Source: Candidatus Daviesbacteria bacterium RIFCSPLOWO2_01_FULL_39_23 (GTDB lineage Bacteria; Patescibacteriota; Microgenomatia; Daviesbacterales; UBA10151). Taken from it: DNA of 64,000 bases. The stretch covers positions 19,619-83,618 of the forward strand of contig MFDN01000001.1 in assembly GCA_001776935.1 (NCBI GenBank), written 5' to 3'. The first letter of the stretch is position 1. Each line of letters opens with the position of its first letter. Shown here piece by piece: positions 17,463 to 27,653 of the stretch. A model generated the notes under the pieces. It saw only the letters and a list, made by a program, of their open reading frames with translations, ran no database searches and was not told the DNA's origin. The translations under genes and the position numbers were made by a program.

Positions 17463-17672
17463 TCAGGGTATAGCAAATAGGGTTTAGGGTATAGTTTAAT
17501 CAAAAAACTTATGAAAAATTCAAGAAATAAAACAATAACCAAATCCACTTTGCAGCTAGTTTCTGTGGCCCGGGGTAAGATTCAAAAAAAGACTAATGGT
17601 GAACATAAAACCAATGGATTGGATATAAACGGACGCACCTTTGGGACGCGTTTTGATCTCCGCTATAAAAAA

Positions 17673-20150
17673 ATGCCCCAAATGCCGGAAGGTCTGCCTC
17701 AGCCTACATTTTCCGAAAGCTCAAACAAAATTCTAAAGGAAAGGTATTTACTTAAGGGCGGGAATTTAGAAGTTATAGAAACTGTGGCAGAGCGTTTTTG
17801 GCATATTGCCTATGATATTGCCTCTGCTGATTTTGACTTTTCGCAGAGTTCGAAGCATGTTTTTGATTTATCCTGTAAGTTTTACACCATGATGGTTAAG
17901 CAGGAATTTCTACCTAATTCCCCGACAATTATGAATGCGGGCAAAAATAACGGTTTGCAGTATTCTGCCTGTTTTGTGCTGCCTGTTGGGGATTCTTTGC
18001 CGGAGATATTTGATTCCATAAAATACGCAGCGCTTATTCATCAAACAGGCGGAGGCACAGGCTTTGCTTTTTCCCGGCTTCGTCCTACAGGCTCAATTGT
18101 TAATACCACAGGCGGTGTGGCATCCGGACCTGTTTCTTTTCTTAGGGTATTTAATGCGGCTACAGAATCCATAAAACAGGGCGGCACAAGACGCGGCGCC
18201 AACATGGGGATTTTAAGGGTGGATCATCCTGATATTTTGGAATTTATCCGCTGCAAAGCAGAGCTTGATGATTTAAATAAACCTATTTTTGCAGGCATTG
18301 CCCCGCTTTTACCTGATGACGCGTCACGGGATTATGCTAAACAACTGCTTTTAGACAAGCAAATTGCTAATTTTAATATCTCGGTGGCTGCAACTGATAA
18401 ATTTATGGAGGCGGTGGAAAAAGGTGAAGATTATGAACTTATTCATCCTCACAGCGGAGAAGCGGTCGGCACTCTTAATGCCAAAGAAGTTTTTGATGAA
18501 ATAATTGAAAGAGCCTGGAAAACAGGAGATCCGGGCCTTATATTTATTGACCGCATAAACAACTCCCCTGCCAATCCGGTTCCCTCCTTGGAAACTATTG
18601 AATCAACCAATCCTTGCGGAGAGCAGCCTCTTGCGCCGTGGGATGCATGTAATTTAGGATCCATTAATTTGGGTAAATTTGTGCTTGAGGAGGGGTCAGA
18701 TGTGAATTGGGAAAAATTAAAAGATGTAACACGCTTGGCAGTCCACTTTTTGGATAATGTGGTGCAGAATAATCCTTTTACTTTAAAACAAATCTATGAT
18801 GAAGTGCACAAAAACCGCAGGATAGGCTTGGGAGTGATGGGTTTTGCCGATATGCTTTTTAAATTAAAAATTCCTTACGGAAGCGATGAAGCTTTAAAAA
18901 TGGCTGAAAAGATAATGAAGTTTATAAATGAAGAAGGACACAAAGAATCTGAGGAGTTGGCAATAGAACGCGGTCCTTTCCCCAATTTCTTAGATTCAAT
19001 CTATGCTGATAAAAATTCTCCTTCTTTTGCCAATAGGCCGGCCTCGTATGCTTATGAAGGCGGCAGGCCGATCAGGAATTCCACTATTACCACCATTGCT
19101 CCCACAGGCACAATTTCCATAATCGGTGATTGTTCCTCAGGGATTGAACCGGTTTTTGCCCTAGCTTATATGCACAAGGCTAAAGCTTCCGGTGATCAGT
19201 ACAGAATTTTGACTATTGCTAATCAAACATTTGTGGATATTGCCAAAAGAGAAGGTTTTTACAGCGACGATTTGGCGACGAAAGTTTTAGAGCATGGTTC
19301 TGTAGCCGGCGTTGACGGTGTGCCCCAGGAATGGCAAAAGGTTTTTGTGACAGCTCCTGAGATTGATCCTGTTTGGCATGTAAAGATGCAGGCAGCTTTT
19401 CAAAGCTATACAGATAATGGTGTTTCCAAAACTATCAACTTGCCAAACAGCGCAACCCGTGATGATGTCAGGCTTGCATATAAAATGGCTTATGAAACAG
19501 GCTGCAACGGAATTACCATTTACCGGGATGGCTCAAAATCAGTGCAGGTTTTAAATGTTTCCTCTTCTTTGGGTAAAGGCAAAGAAGAGACAGCTCCGGT
19601 AGCTGAGCGGCCGATGATTTTACATGGCAGGACTTATAAAGTTTCCACTCCTGTGGGGGAGGCTTTTATTACTGTAAACCGGGATATACAGGGGCAGCCT
19701 TTTGAAGTATTTGTGACTGTCGGCCGGGCAGGGATGCACACCATGGCAGATGCAGAAGCTATGGGAAGACTGGTGTCTTTGTCTCTGCGTTTGGCAAGAG
19801 GAACAAAAGAAACTGATCCGAAGGCTGTGGCTGCAAAAATTGTCGGCCAGCTTAAAGGAATCGGGGGAGCCTCCTCTGTGGGGTTTGGGAAAAACAGGGT
19901 GATGAGTCTGGCAGATGCAATTGCTAAAGTTTTGGCAGAGGATTTGGCAATGGAGACTCAAAGTCAGGAAGTTGAAGCAATACCTCTTGATTTAACCATC
20001 AACGGCAAAGGTGATATTGATCTACAACCCACAACCCACAACCCAAAACCCAAAACCAATGCTGATCTTTGTCCTGAATGCGGCTCTGCTTCTTTTGTCA
20101 TGGAAGAAGGCTGTAAGAAATGTCATAGCTGTGGGTATAGTATGTGCTAA
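17673..20150 (+). CDS. nrdJ: Adenosylcobalamin-dependent (class II) ribonucleotide reductase NrdJ
   Basis: KILKERYLLK N-terminus, NPCGEQPL active-site Cys motif, C-terminal CPECG...CKKCHSCG zinc ribbon. ORF track begins at 17511 (54 extra aa); start at MPQMPEG (17673) preferred by family alignment, uncertain. Confidence 0.9.
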   Translation: MPQMPEGLPQPTFSESSNKILKERYLLKGGNLEVIETVAERFWHIAYDIASADFDFSQSSKHVFDLSCKFYTMMVKQEFLPNSPTIMNAGKNNGLQYSACFVLPVGDSLPEIFDSIKYAALIHQTGGGTGFAFSRLRPTGSIVNTTGGVASGPVSFLRVFNAATESIKQGGTRRGANMGILRVDHPDILEFIRCKAELDDLNKPIFAGIAPLLPDDASRDYAKQLLLDKQIANFNISVAATDKFMEAVEKGEDYELIHPHSGEAVGTLNAKEVFDEIIERAWKTGDPGLIFIDRINNSPANPVPSLETIESTNPCGEQPLAPWDACNLGSINLGKFVLEEGSDVNWEKLKDVTRLAVHFLDNVVQNNPFTLKQIYDEVHKNRRIGLGVMGFADMLFKLKIPYGSDEALKMAEKIMKFINEEGHKESEELAIERGPFPNFLDSIYADKNSPSFANRPASYAYEGGRPIRNSTITTIAPTGTISIIGDCSSGIEPVFALAYMHKAKASGDQYRILTIANQTFVDIAKREGFYSDDLATKVLEHGSVAGVDGVPQEWQKVFVTAPEIDPVWHVKMQAAFQSYTDNGVSKTINLPNSATRDDVRLAYKMAYETGCNGITIYRDGSKSVQVLNVSSSLGKGKEETAPVAERPMILHGRTYKVSTPVGEAFITVNRDIQGQPFEVFVTVGRAGMHTMADAEAMGRLVSLSLRLARGTKETDPKAVAAKIVGQLKGIGGASSVGFGKNRVMSLADAIAKVLAEDLAMETQSQEVEAIPLDLTINGKGDIDLQPTTHNPKPKTNADLCPECGSASFVMEEGCKKCHSCGYSMC

Positions 20151-20162
20151 AATGGCCTCATT

Positions 20163-20696
20163 GTGAATCCAGAAAAGGGCTTAGTTATCGTTTATACAGG
20201 CGAGGGGAAAGGGAAAACTACTGCTGCTTTGGGTTTAGTGCTCCGGGCAGTTGGCTACAAGCGGAAGTGTCTGATAGTGCAATTCGGCAAGATGTGGTTT
20301 ACCGGAGAAGTTGAGGGAGTTAAAAAATTAGCACCATTTGTTAAGTTTATCCAGGGCGGCAAAGGATTTGTTAAAATTTTAGGTGATAAATTGCCTTTAA
20401 AAGAGCATAAAAAAGCAGCACAAGATACCTTTAATCTATTATATAAAGAAGTAATGTCTGATAAATGGGATGTGGTGGTGGCTGATGAGGTTGTTGGGTG
20501 TATTAAAGCAGGACTGCTAACTCTTACAAAAATATTACAACTTACTCGTGACAAACCACAAAGATTAGACTTAGTATTAACTGGCCATCATGCACCAGGG
20601 GAATTGATTAAGGTGGCAGATTTGGTGACCGAGATGCGGGAAGTGAAGCATCCGTACCAGAAAGGAATTTTAGCAAAAAAGGGGGTTGATTTCTGA
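20163..20696 (+). CDS. cobA: ATP:cob(I)alamin adenosyltransferase (CobA/CobO/BtuR family)
   Basis: GLVIVYTGEGKGKTTAALGLVLRAVGYKRKCLIVQF P-loop and C-terminal VLTGHHAPGELIKVADLVTEMREVKHPYQKG match S. enterica CobA motifs. GTG start. Confidence 0.85.
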   Translation: MNPEKGLVIVYTGEGKGKTTAALGLVLRAVGYKRKCLIVQFGKMWFTGEVEGVKKLAPFVKFIQGGKGFVKILGDKLPLKEHKKAAQDTFNLLYKEVMSDKWDVVVADEVVGCIKAGLLTLTKILQLTRDKPQRLDLVLTGHHAPGELIKVADLVTEMREVKHPYQKGILAKKGVDF

Positions 20697-20722
20697 AAGA
20701 AACAAGATCCCTGAAATGGATC

Positions 20723-20756
20723 TTGACATTTAGCACTCGTGATGCTATTCTGCTAA
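20723..20756. promoter_or_regulatory. lon promoter (TTGACA) overlapping a CIRCE-like HrcA operator (TTAGCACTC-N9-ttcTGCTAA)
   Basis: TTGACA ~20723-20728. TTAGCACTC (perfect left CIRCE half) ~20730-20738, 9-nt spacer, right half ttctgctaa (6/9 to GAGTGCTAA). Preceded by hairpin aagatcc-N7-ggatctt (20704-20724). Confidence 0.5.
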
Positions 20757-20764
20757 TATAAAAT

Positions 20765-23188
20765 ATGGGAGATTTTATTAAGCCTACTGTAAATGAACCT
20801 GTAAAACTTAAACCGACTATGCCTGTTGGCCCGCTTCGCGATACGGTTATTTTCCCCGGTAATTCTGTTCCTATCATTTCGGGAAGATCAAAATCCAAAA
20901 CCGCCTTGGATATTTCGTGGAATTCAGATAAGCTGATAGTTTTCGTGACTCAGAAAAATGCCAAAGTTGAAGATCCGAAAGACACCGACCTCTATAAAGT
21001 CGGAACGGTGTGTTTGATAAGAAGGGTGGTTAAAAATCCGGAGGGCGAGTATACTTTGCAGGCAGAGGGCTTAAGCAGGGTATATCTAAAAAGCTTTACA
21101 AAGGTAGATCCTTATCTTGAGGCAGAAATTGAGGAAATCCCGGAACTTTATGAAAAAACAGAGCAAACAGAGGCCTTGGTCCGTTCAGTCAGGGAACAGG
21201 TCAAACGTTTCCTGGAGCTTGGCGGGAATCCCTTTTTTGACCAAAGTAATTTTGCTAACTGGTCCCTCTTTACCTACAGCGATGATCCCAATCAATTGGT
21301 GAATTCCGTAACTCAAGCCATAGACTTTAAGACTATTGATAAACAGCAAATTTTAGAAATGGTTTCCACTGCTGAGAGACTGCAAAGACTTTCCGAGCTT
21401 TTGGCAAAGGAAATAAGGATTTTGGAAATTTCCCAAAAAATTTCTTCCCAAACCCAAGAAAGGGTTTCCCGAATGACAAAAGAGGCGATTCTGCGGGAGC
21501 AAATGAAAAGCATAGAAGAAGAGCTTGGTGGTGCCGATACAGAACATCAGGAAATCAGGGAATTTGAACTTAAGATTAAAAAGGCCGGGATGCCGAAGGA
21601 AGTTTTGGAAAGGGCTAAAAAAGAATTAATGAGACTTTCAAAAATGTCTTCTTTTAACCCGGAAGCAGGTTATATAAGAAATTATCTTGAATGGCTAACA
21701 GATCTTCCCTGGAAGCTTGGCAAAAAAGTTAAAGTGGATTTGAAAAAAGCAGAAAGTATTTTGGAAGAAGACCACTACGGTCTAAAAAAAGTTAAGGAAA
21801 GAATAATTGAATACCTGGCTGTATATAAACTTGCCGGGAAAATGCGAGGATCTATCATTTGTTTTGTCGGTCCTCCGGGAACCGGCAAGACTTCGATTGG
21901 AAAATCCATTGCAAGAGCCTTGGGGAGGAAATTCGTCAAAGTTTCTTTGGGCGGAATACGTGATGAGGCGGAAATAAGGGGTCATAGAAGGACTTATGTC
22001 GGTTCAATGCCGGGAAGAATTGTTCAGGGAATAAAGCAGGCAGGCGCCACAAACCCGGTTTTTATGCTGGACGAAATTGACAAAATTGGAGCAGATTACC
22101 GGGGCGATCCTTCCGCGGCGCTTCTTGAGGCATTGGATCCTGAACAAAACGAAGGATTTTCCGATCATTATCTGGAAGTGCCCTATGACCTGTCAAACGT
22201 CATGTTTATCACAACTGCCAATATTATGGATACTATTCCGCCTGCTTTACGGGATAGGCTTGAGGTTATCCGGTATCCGGGTTATACGGAGGATGAAAAA
22301 TTCCAGATTGCCAAAAAATTCCTGATCCCCAAACAAGTCCAAACCCATGGTTTAAATTCCGCTCAAATTGAGTTTAAAGATGAGGCAGTTAATACAATTA
22401 TCCGGGAATACACCCGGGAGGCAGGGGTTAGGGGTTTGGAAAGAGAACTGTCGGCAGTTATCAGAAAAGTAGCCCGTAAAATTGCCGAAGGAAACGGGCA
22501 GGTTAAAAAATTCGATATAACTTCTGAAGATGTGCATAAGTTTTTGGGTCCTATAAGATTTTTGCCGATACTTGCAGAAAAAGAAGATGAGATTGGGATG
22601 GTGACAGGTCTTTCTGTGACTGAAGCAGGAGGGGAAGTGTTGTTTATTGAGGTTACTTTAATGCCCGGAAAAGGCAACTTAATCCTGACCGGTCAGCTTG
22701 GGGATGTAATGAAAGAATCAGGGCAGGCGGCAATGTCCTATGTGCGCTCAAATTATGCAAATTTGGGTCTGCCTGAAAAGTTTTTCCATAAAGTTGACGT
22801 GCATGTGCATGTTCCGGAAGGAGCCATTCCAAAAGATGGCCCGTCTGCTGGGATTTCTTTAACTACCGCTATAGTTTCAGCTTTTACCAAAATTCCGGTG
22901 CACAAAGAAGTGGCAATGACCGGTGAGGTTACTTTGCGCGGACGGGTTTTGGAAATAGGCGGTTTTAAAGAGAAAATTTTGGCAGCTCACAGGGCAGGAG
23001 TAAAAACAATTATTGCGCCGCAGGATAATGAAAAAGATTTGGAAGATATTCCGGACTTTGTGCAGAAAGATTTAAAATTTGTTTTTGCAAAACACATGGA
23101 TCAGGTGTTAAAAGAAGCTCTGGTAAGACCTCCTCAGCCCAGTCAGAGGAAAAGAGCTCCTGTTCCCCGCCCAGCCTATATAGCTTGA
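20765..23188 (+). CDS. lon: ATP-dependent Lon protease
   Basis: Lon N-domain ([10 protein letters not shown]), Walker [10 protein letters not shown], catalytic PKDGPSAGI serine motif. 807 aa. Confidence 0.95.
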   Translation: MGDFIKPTVNEPVKLKPTMPVGPLRDTVIFPGNSVPIISGRSKSKTALDISWNSDKLIVFVTQKNAKVEDPKDTDLYKVGTVCLIRRVVKNPEGEYTLQAEGLSRVYLKSFTKVDPYLEAEIEEIPELYEKTEQTEALVRSVREQVKRFLELGGNPFFDQSNFANWSLFTYSDDPNQLVNSVTQAIDFKTIDKQQILEMVSTAERLQRLSELLAKEIRILEISQKISSQTQERVSRMTKEAILREQMKSIEEELGGADTEHQEIREFELKIKKAGMPKEVLERAKKELMRLSKMSSFNPEAGYIRNYLEWLTDLPWKLGKKVKVDLKKAESILEEDHYGLKKVKERIIEYLAVYKLAGKMRGSIICFVGPPGTGKTSIGKSIARALGRKFVKVSLGGIRDEAEIRGHRRTYVGSMPGRIVQGIKQAGATNPVFMLDEIDKIGADYRGDPSAALLEALDPEQNEGFSDHYLEVPYDLSNVMFITTANIMDTIPPALRDRLEVIRYPGYTEDEKFQIAKKFLIPKQVQTHGLNSAQIEFKDEAVNTIIREYTREAGVRGLERELSAVIRKVARKIAEGNGQVKKFDITSEDVHKFLGPIRFLPILAEKEDEIGMVTGLSVTEAGGEVLFIEVTLMPGKGNLILTGQLGDVMKESGQAAMSYVRSNYANLGLPEKFFHKVDVHVHVPEGAIPKDGPSAGISLTTAIVSAFTKIPVHKEVAMTGEVTLRGRVLEIGGFKEKILAAHRAGVKTIIAPQDNEKDLEDIPDFVQKDLKFVFAKHMDQVLKEALVRPPQPSQRKRAPVPRPAYIA

Positions 23189-23253
23189 GCTTGCCTCTTG
23201 ACTTATCTTTATACCCTGTTGTAAATTCTATAAGTACTGCCTCAAATATTCTC

Positions 23254-25260
23254 ATGGATTTTCTTGTAAATAATGCAAACTTAATAATTTGGGCTGCCGC
23301 GTTTGCAGCCTTAGCATACGGCTTCTGGCTGATTTTTGAAATTTTAAGAAAAGATTCCGGTGATGAGAAGATGCGGGAAATTGCATCCGCCATTCAAATA
23401 GGAGCTTCTGCATATCTACAAAGACAATATAGAGTAGTGGCCATAGTGGCGGTTGTTTTAGGAGCGTTAATTTATTATCTCTTGGGTATAAATAGTGCTG
23501 TCGGGTTTTTGGTTGGAGCAACTTTGTCTGCCTTAGCAGGCTTTATTGGCATGAGTATTGCTGTGCGGGCAAATGTCCGCGTGGCACAAGAAGCAAGAAA
23601 AGGACTAGAAGGAGCATTTATTTTGGCCTACAAGGGAGGAGCAGTTACAGGCTTTTTAGTAGTTGGTTTAGCTTTAGCTGCAGTTTATGGTTTTTATCAA
23701 TACACAGGGGGAGATTTAAAGTCCCTAATTAGTTTGGGATTTGGAGGATCATTAATTTCTGTTTTTGCAAGGCTTGGTGGGGGAATATTTACTAAAGGCG
23801 CGGATGTGGGAGCGGATTTGGTTGGTAAAATTGAGGCGGGGATTCCCGAAGATGATCCTAGAAACCCGGCAGTTATTGCAGATAATGTTGGGGATAATGT
23901 TGGTGATGATGCAGGAATGGCCGCTGATATTTTTGAAACATATGTTGTTACTGCCATTGCCGCTATGATTTTAGGACAGCTTCTTTTTCCTGCGGATAAT
24001 GGAGCAGTAATATTCCCTCTTATGATTTTATCTATGGGAATCTTTGCATCTGTTGTAGGTTCTTTCTTTGTGCAACTTAAAGGCAAGAATATTATGAATG
24101 CGCTTTATAAAGGAATGATAGCAACCGCTGTTTTATGTGCAGCTTTATTTTATCCTGTAACTTCTGCTTTGATGGGAAGCAATGATACATTTTCTGTTAT
24201 GAATTTATACCTTGCCAGTTTAATCGGAGTAGTTGTCACGGCAGGGATGGTTTTGATTACCGAATATTATACAGGAACAAAATACGCCTCTGTCCAAAAT
24301 TTAGCACTTGCTTCAAAAACCGGTCATGCTACCAACATTATTTCAGGGCTTGCTTTATCCCTGCGCTCAACTTTTGCTCCGGTTATTTTAATTTCTGCGG
24401 CAGTAATAATAAGCTTTTTGCTGGCAGGTCTTTATGGAGTTGCTTTGGCAGGAGTTACAATGCTTTCTTTGGCAGGGATTGTGGTGGCCATAGATGCATT
24501 TGGTCCGATTACGGATAACGCCGGCGGGATTGCTGAAATGGCGAATATGCCTTCCAAGGTGCGCTCTGTTACTGATCCTTTGGATGCAGTGGGCAACACT
24601 ACAAAGGCGGTGACTAAAGGTTATGCAATCGGTTCTGCGGCTTTGGCGGCCCTAGTGCTGTTTGCGGCTTTTGCCCAGGAATTTTCTGCTGGCGCAAGCG
24701 AACTTGTCTTCTCTTTATCTGACCCCAAAGTCTTAGTAGGTCTTTTCATAGGCGGATCCCTTCCTTATCTTTTTGCCTCATTTGCTATGGAGGCAGTTGG
24801 TAAAGCAGGCGCGGCAGTTGTTGAGGAGGTAAGAAGGCAATTTAAAACAATCAAGGGAATCATGGAGGGTAAAGCTAAGCCTGATTATGCAAAGTGTGTG
24901 GATATTGTGACAGCGTCTGCTCAAAAACAGATGTTAGTACCTGCCTTGATCCCGGTTTTAGCGCCTGTGATTGTGGGATTTACTTTAGGGCCGGTTGCGC
25001 TTGGCGGAATGTTGGTTGGATCTATTGTGACAGGTATTTTTGTAGCAGTTTCAATGACCACAGGAGGAGCAGCTTGGGACAATGCTAAAAAGTATATTGA
25101 AACAGGTAAATTCGGCGGCAAAGGTTCTGAGGCTCACAAAGCAGCAGTCACAGGAGATACGGTGGGAGATCCTTATAAGGATACAGCCGGACCTGCAATT
25201 AATCCCATGATAAAAGTGGTAAACATTGTAGCGTTGTTATTGGTTCCTTTCCTCAGATAA
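23254..25260 (+). CDS. hppA: Membrane-bound proton/sodium-translocating pyrophosphatase (H+-PPase)
   Basis: [56 protein letters not shown] signature of V-type PPases. ~16 TM helices. ORF track starts 23185; ATG at 23254 (MDFLVNN) downstream of a TTGACT box preferred. Confidence 0.9.
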   Translation: MDFLVNNANLIIWAAAFAALAYGFWLIFEILRKDSGDEKMREIASAIQIGASAYLQRQYRVVAIVAVVLGALIYYLLGINSAVGFLVGATLSALAGFIGMSIAVRANVRVAQEARKGLEGAFILAYKGGAVTGFLVVGLALAAVYGFYQYTGGDLKSLISLGFGGSLISVFARLGGGIFTKGADVGADLVGKIEAGIPEDDPRNPAVIADNVGDNVGDDAGMAADIFETYVVTAIAAMILGQLLFPADNGAVIFPLMILSMGIFASVVGSFFVQLKGKNIMNALYKGMIATAVLCAALFYPVTSALMGSNDTFSVMNLYLASLIGVVVTAGMVLITEYYTGTKYASVQNLALASKTGHATNIISGLALSLRSTFAPVILISAAVIISFLLAGLYGVALAGVTMLSLAGIVVAIDAFGPITDNAGGIAEMANMPSKVRSVTDPLDAVGNTTKAVTKGYAIGSAALAALVLFAAFAQEFSAGASELVFSLSDPKVLVGLFIGGSLPYLFASFAMEAVGKAGAAVVEEVRRQFKTIKGIMEGKAKPDYAKCVDIVTASAQKQMLVPALIPVLAPVIVGFTLGPVALGGMLVGSIVTGIFVAVSMTTGGAAWDNAKKYIETGKFGGKGSEAHKAAVTGDTVGDPYKDTAGPAINPMIKVVNIVALLLVPFLR

Positions 25261-25342
25261 AATTCCGCCATATCCTTGCGATAACTACGATTTTATTAAT
25301 ATTGTTAGTTTGCGACTTCTATACTTTCAAGAGTAAAAATCG

Positions 25343-25765
25343 TTATGTTTGGTTTGGAGTAGCGGGCGGTGTAGGAGTTTGGTTGCTGCCAAAAAGGGCA
25401 TTTTTTACTTCATTAACCACCTGATCAGGAGTATAAGAAGCTTTAATTAAATAAGCTTGTGCGCCTAACTCAAACCCTTCTTTTATAACTGCTTCCTGAC
25501 CCAGATTGGTTAAAAGAATAGTAATCATTGTTGAGGCAGGATTCTGAGTCTTAAATTCACGGAGAAGTTGCAAACCATTCATCCCAGGAAGCATGATATC
25601 CAAAAGCAAAAGATCAAAAGATTCGTTTTTTAATGTTTCCAAGCCTGTTTGTCCGTCTGCTGCGCTTTTTACTTCGAAACCTGCTTTAGAAAGTTGTCTG
25701 ACATACAATTCTCTGATAAAATCTTCATCCTCAACCAGTAAAATTTTTTTAGCCGCAGGATTCAT
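25343..25765 (-). CDS. Stand-alone response regulator (receiver domain only) with Pro/Thr-rich tail
   Basis: KILLVEDEDFIRELY...DLLLLDIMLPGMNG (CheY-like). No output domain. C-terminal NQTPTPPATPNQT. Confidence 0.8.
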   Translation of the reverse strand: MNPAAKKILLVEDEDFIRELYVRQLSKAGFEVKSAADGQTGLETLKNESFDLLLLDIMLPGMNGLQLLREFKTQNPASTMITILLTNLGQEAVIKEGFELGAQAYLIKASYTPDQVVNEVKNALFGSNQTPTPPATPNQT

Positions 25766-25789
25766 CGTAATTATTTATATCATCAATAT

Positions 25790-27259
25790 TTAATAATTTA
25801 AAGACCCAGATTGAATTGCATAAGAAGTGAATTGATCTGTGTTCAGAACGCTTCCTTTTTGGGTTGCTATAGGCAGGGTGAAGGAAAATTTACTTCCTTT
25901 TCCCGCTTCTGATTCAACCCAAATCTTGCCGTGCAGTTTTTCAATTATGGATTTTGTAATATAAAGCCCAAGCCCTGTGCCTTTGTTGGCTTTTTGGCCT
26001 GTATTGGAGACTCTAAAAAATTTATTAAAAAGATGCGGGATTGCTTCCTGGGGTATGCCGATACCTGTATCAGAAACCGTTGTTGTTATCTCTGTAGGGG
26101 AAACTTGGGTTGAAATTTCCACTTTGCCGCCGGGATTTGTGTAGTTTATGGCATTGGCTATCAGATTACCTACGACTTCTCCTAAACGTATTTGATCGGC
26201 AAGAACTTTTGGCAGAGGTTGGTTTTGAGGGATTAGAGTCAGGATAATATTTTTTTGATTGGCCTGAGCTCTTAAATCCTCAGTTGCTTTTGAAAGTATT
26301 GGGAAATATTCAACCGGCTCAGGAGAAACTGATAATTGATCCCTTTCGATTTTATTAACATTTAATAGATTGGTAATTAATGTCTGGAGTTGTTGCGCAG
26401 CTATAAATGCTTTTCTTAAAAGTTCCAAGTTTTCTCCGGGGAGCTTATCTTTAATTTCATCAAGTGTTACGGAAAGATATCCGATGATGCTGGTAAGGGG
26501 GGTTTTCAGTTCGTGTGAGGCCATTGATACAAAATCCAGTTTCATTTGTTCCAGTTCTTCTTCTTTGGATAAATCATGCAAGATCAAAATACAGCTTAAA
26601 TTTGTTTGTATGGAAGTTCCCACTTGAGCAGTCATTATGCTGACTTTAGTTTGTTTTCCTCCTTTACCCACTACGTTAACACTTTGATTGAAGCCTTCCT
26701 GGCAATAGGTTTTTGCAAAAATCTCATCATTGTTTGAGAATAAATGAATCAATTGAGCTATAGATTTTCCGTAACATTCTGCTTCGGTATATCCTGTTAT
26801 TTCTTTGGAAGCTTTATTTAAAAATAAGACATTTTTATTAAAATCCAGGGCAATAATACCGTCAATGACCGATGAAAGGATTTCTTCAAATTTACTTTTT
26901 TGAGAAACCGCAATATCTTTTTCCTTTTCATAAGTTTGAATAGTCTTTGAGATTTTTTCTGCCATCAGATTAAAGGAGTTTCCAACACTCTCAAACTCAT
27001 CCCCTGTTCTTATGTCTATCCGGTGGTTTAAATTGCCATCAGAGAAAATATGCGTGCTATTAATAACTTCCTGAAGTGGTTTTAAGATTAAAAAAATAAT
27101 TATTATTGAGAAAACAGCACTGATTGCAGCTAGCAGGATAGAAAGAATGGGGTTGAGCGGGATAAAAAGCCCCACAAGATACGGGAGTAATACAGCAGAA
27201 ATGACAATAAAAGCAATTTTTATATGGAGAGTTTTTTTGTCGGCAGGTTTTTGTTCCAC
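25790..27259 (-). CDS. Sensor histidine kinase (TM, HAMP-like, PAS, HisKA, HATPase_c)
   Basis: HELKTPLTSIIGY H-box, GTGLGLYITKSII G2 box, PAS-like region. Two N-terminal TM helices. Confidence 0.8.
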   Translation of the reverse strand: MEQKPADKKTLHIKIAFIVISAVLLPYLVGLFIPLNPILSILLAAISAVFSIIIIFLILKPLQEVINSTHIFSDGNLNHRIDIRTGDEFESVGNSFNLMAEKISKTIQTYEKEKDIAVSQKSKFEEILSSVIDGIIALDFNKNVLFLNKASKEITGYTEAECYGKSIAQLIHLFSNNDEIFAKTYCQEGFNQSVNVVGKGGKQTKVSIMTAQVGTSIQTNLSCILILHDLSKEEELEQMKLDFVSMASHELKTPLTSIIGYLSVTLDEIKDKLPGENLELLRKAFIAAQQLQTLITNLLNVNKIERDQLSVSPEPVEYFPILSKATEDLRAQANQKNIILTLIPQNQPLPKVLADQIRLGEVVGNLIANAINYTNPGGKVEISTQVSPTEITTTVSDTGIGIPQEAIPHLFNKFFRVSNTGQKANKGTGLGLYITKSIIEKLHGKIWVESEAGKGSKFSFTLPIATQKGSVLNTDQFTSYAIQSGSLNY

Positions 27260-27310
27260 ACTCCCAGCGTATCAGAAGTAAAATTTTTGTTCAACCCTAG
27301 GCTTTGTTTG

Positions 27311-27332
27311 TACCGCCAACGGGAGGTTAACA
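27311..27332 (-). repeat. ~22-nt near-identical duplicate of the 3' end (T-arm + acceptor) of the adjacent tRNA-Glu
   Basis: gtaccgccaacgggaggttaac vs tRNA 3' end gtaccgccaacgggagttgaac (one indel), ~110 bp downstream of the tRNA 3' end. Confidence 0.6.
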
Positions 27333-27439
27333 AGTAAGTGATAACTTCGTTATCAGTGAACCGCTTTTTGAGCTGGGATTCACTCTAACGAGGTAATATC
27401 TCCAGAAATTTAGTCGCAAGGATTAAATTTTGGAGCTAG

Positions 27440-27513
27440 TACCGCCAACGGGAGTTGAACCCGTGATTTTCGGAATGAGAATCCGATGTCCTAGGCCACT
27501 AGACGATGGCGGC
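27440..27513 (-). tRNA. tRNA-Glu (anticodon CTC)
   Basis: GCCGCCATCGTCTAGTGGCCTAGGACATCGGATTCTCATTCCGAAAATCACGGGTTCAACTCCCGTTGGCGGTA folds as a cloverleaf (7-bp acceptor with G1-U72, Glu-type D-loop TCGTCTAGTGG..AGGAC, anticodon loop TTCTCAT, T-loop TTCAACT). No encoded CCA. Confidence 0.8.
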
Positions 27514-27597
27514 AAGTCAAACCAAATTATACCATGGGTTTAATCGTAAAACTCTTTGTTCTTACCAATCTCTTACGTATCTCTTTAAACATTTAGT

Positions 27598-27626
27598 TTG
27601 ACTTTATGCACAATATAGACTAGAAT
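27598..27626 (+). promoter_or_regulatory. Sigma70-like promoter for greA (TTGACT-17-TAGAAT)
   Basis: ttgact at ~27598-27603, 17-bp spacer, tagaat at ~27621-27626, ~28 bp upstream of the greA ATG. Confidence 0.5.
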
Positions 27627-27653
27627 TTTCGCATATAACCTTCCCAAATCAAA

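Noticed and set aside
17463-17672. Cobalamin riboswitch or second NrdR box in the nrdR-nrdJ spacer
   Set aside because: No B12-box-like conserved core or NrdR-type 16-bp palindrome was visible, only a partial acgcacc...ggacgcgt dyad and a short gggtatag direct repeat. Infernal/PWM scan needed.
23185-23253. ORF-track start of hppA at 23185 overlapping the lon stop
   Set aside because: A TTGACT box and the in-frame ATG at 23254 (MDFLVNN...) give a more typical H+-PPase N-terminus. The 23 upstream codons are probably untranslated leader.
27306-27420. Possible second tRNA gene or split/intron-containing tRNA adjacent to tRNA-Glu
   Set aside because: Only the last ~22 nt (T-arm 3' half + acceptor 3' strand) resemble a tRNA. 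No complementary 5' acceptor strand, D-arm or anticodon arm could be folded, so it is treated as a partial duplicate.
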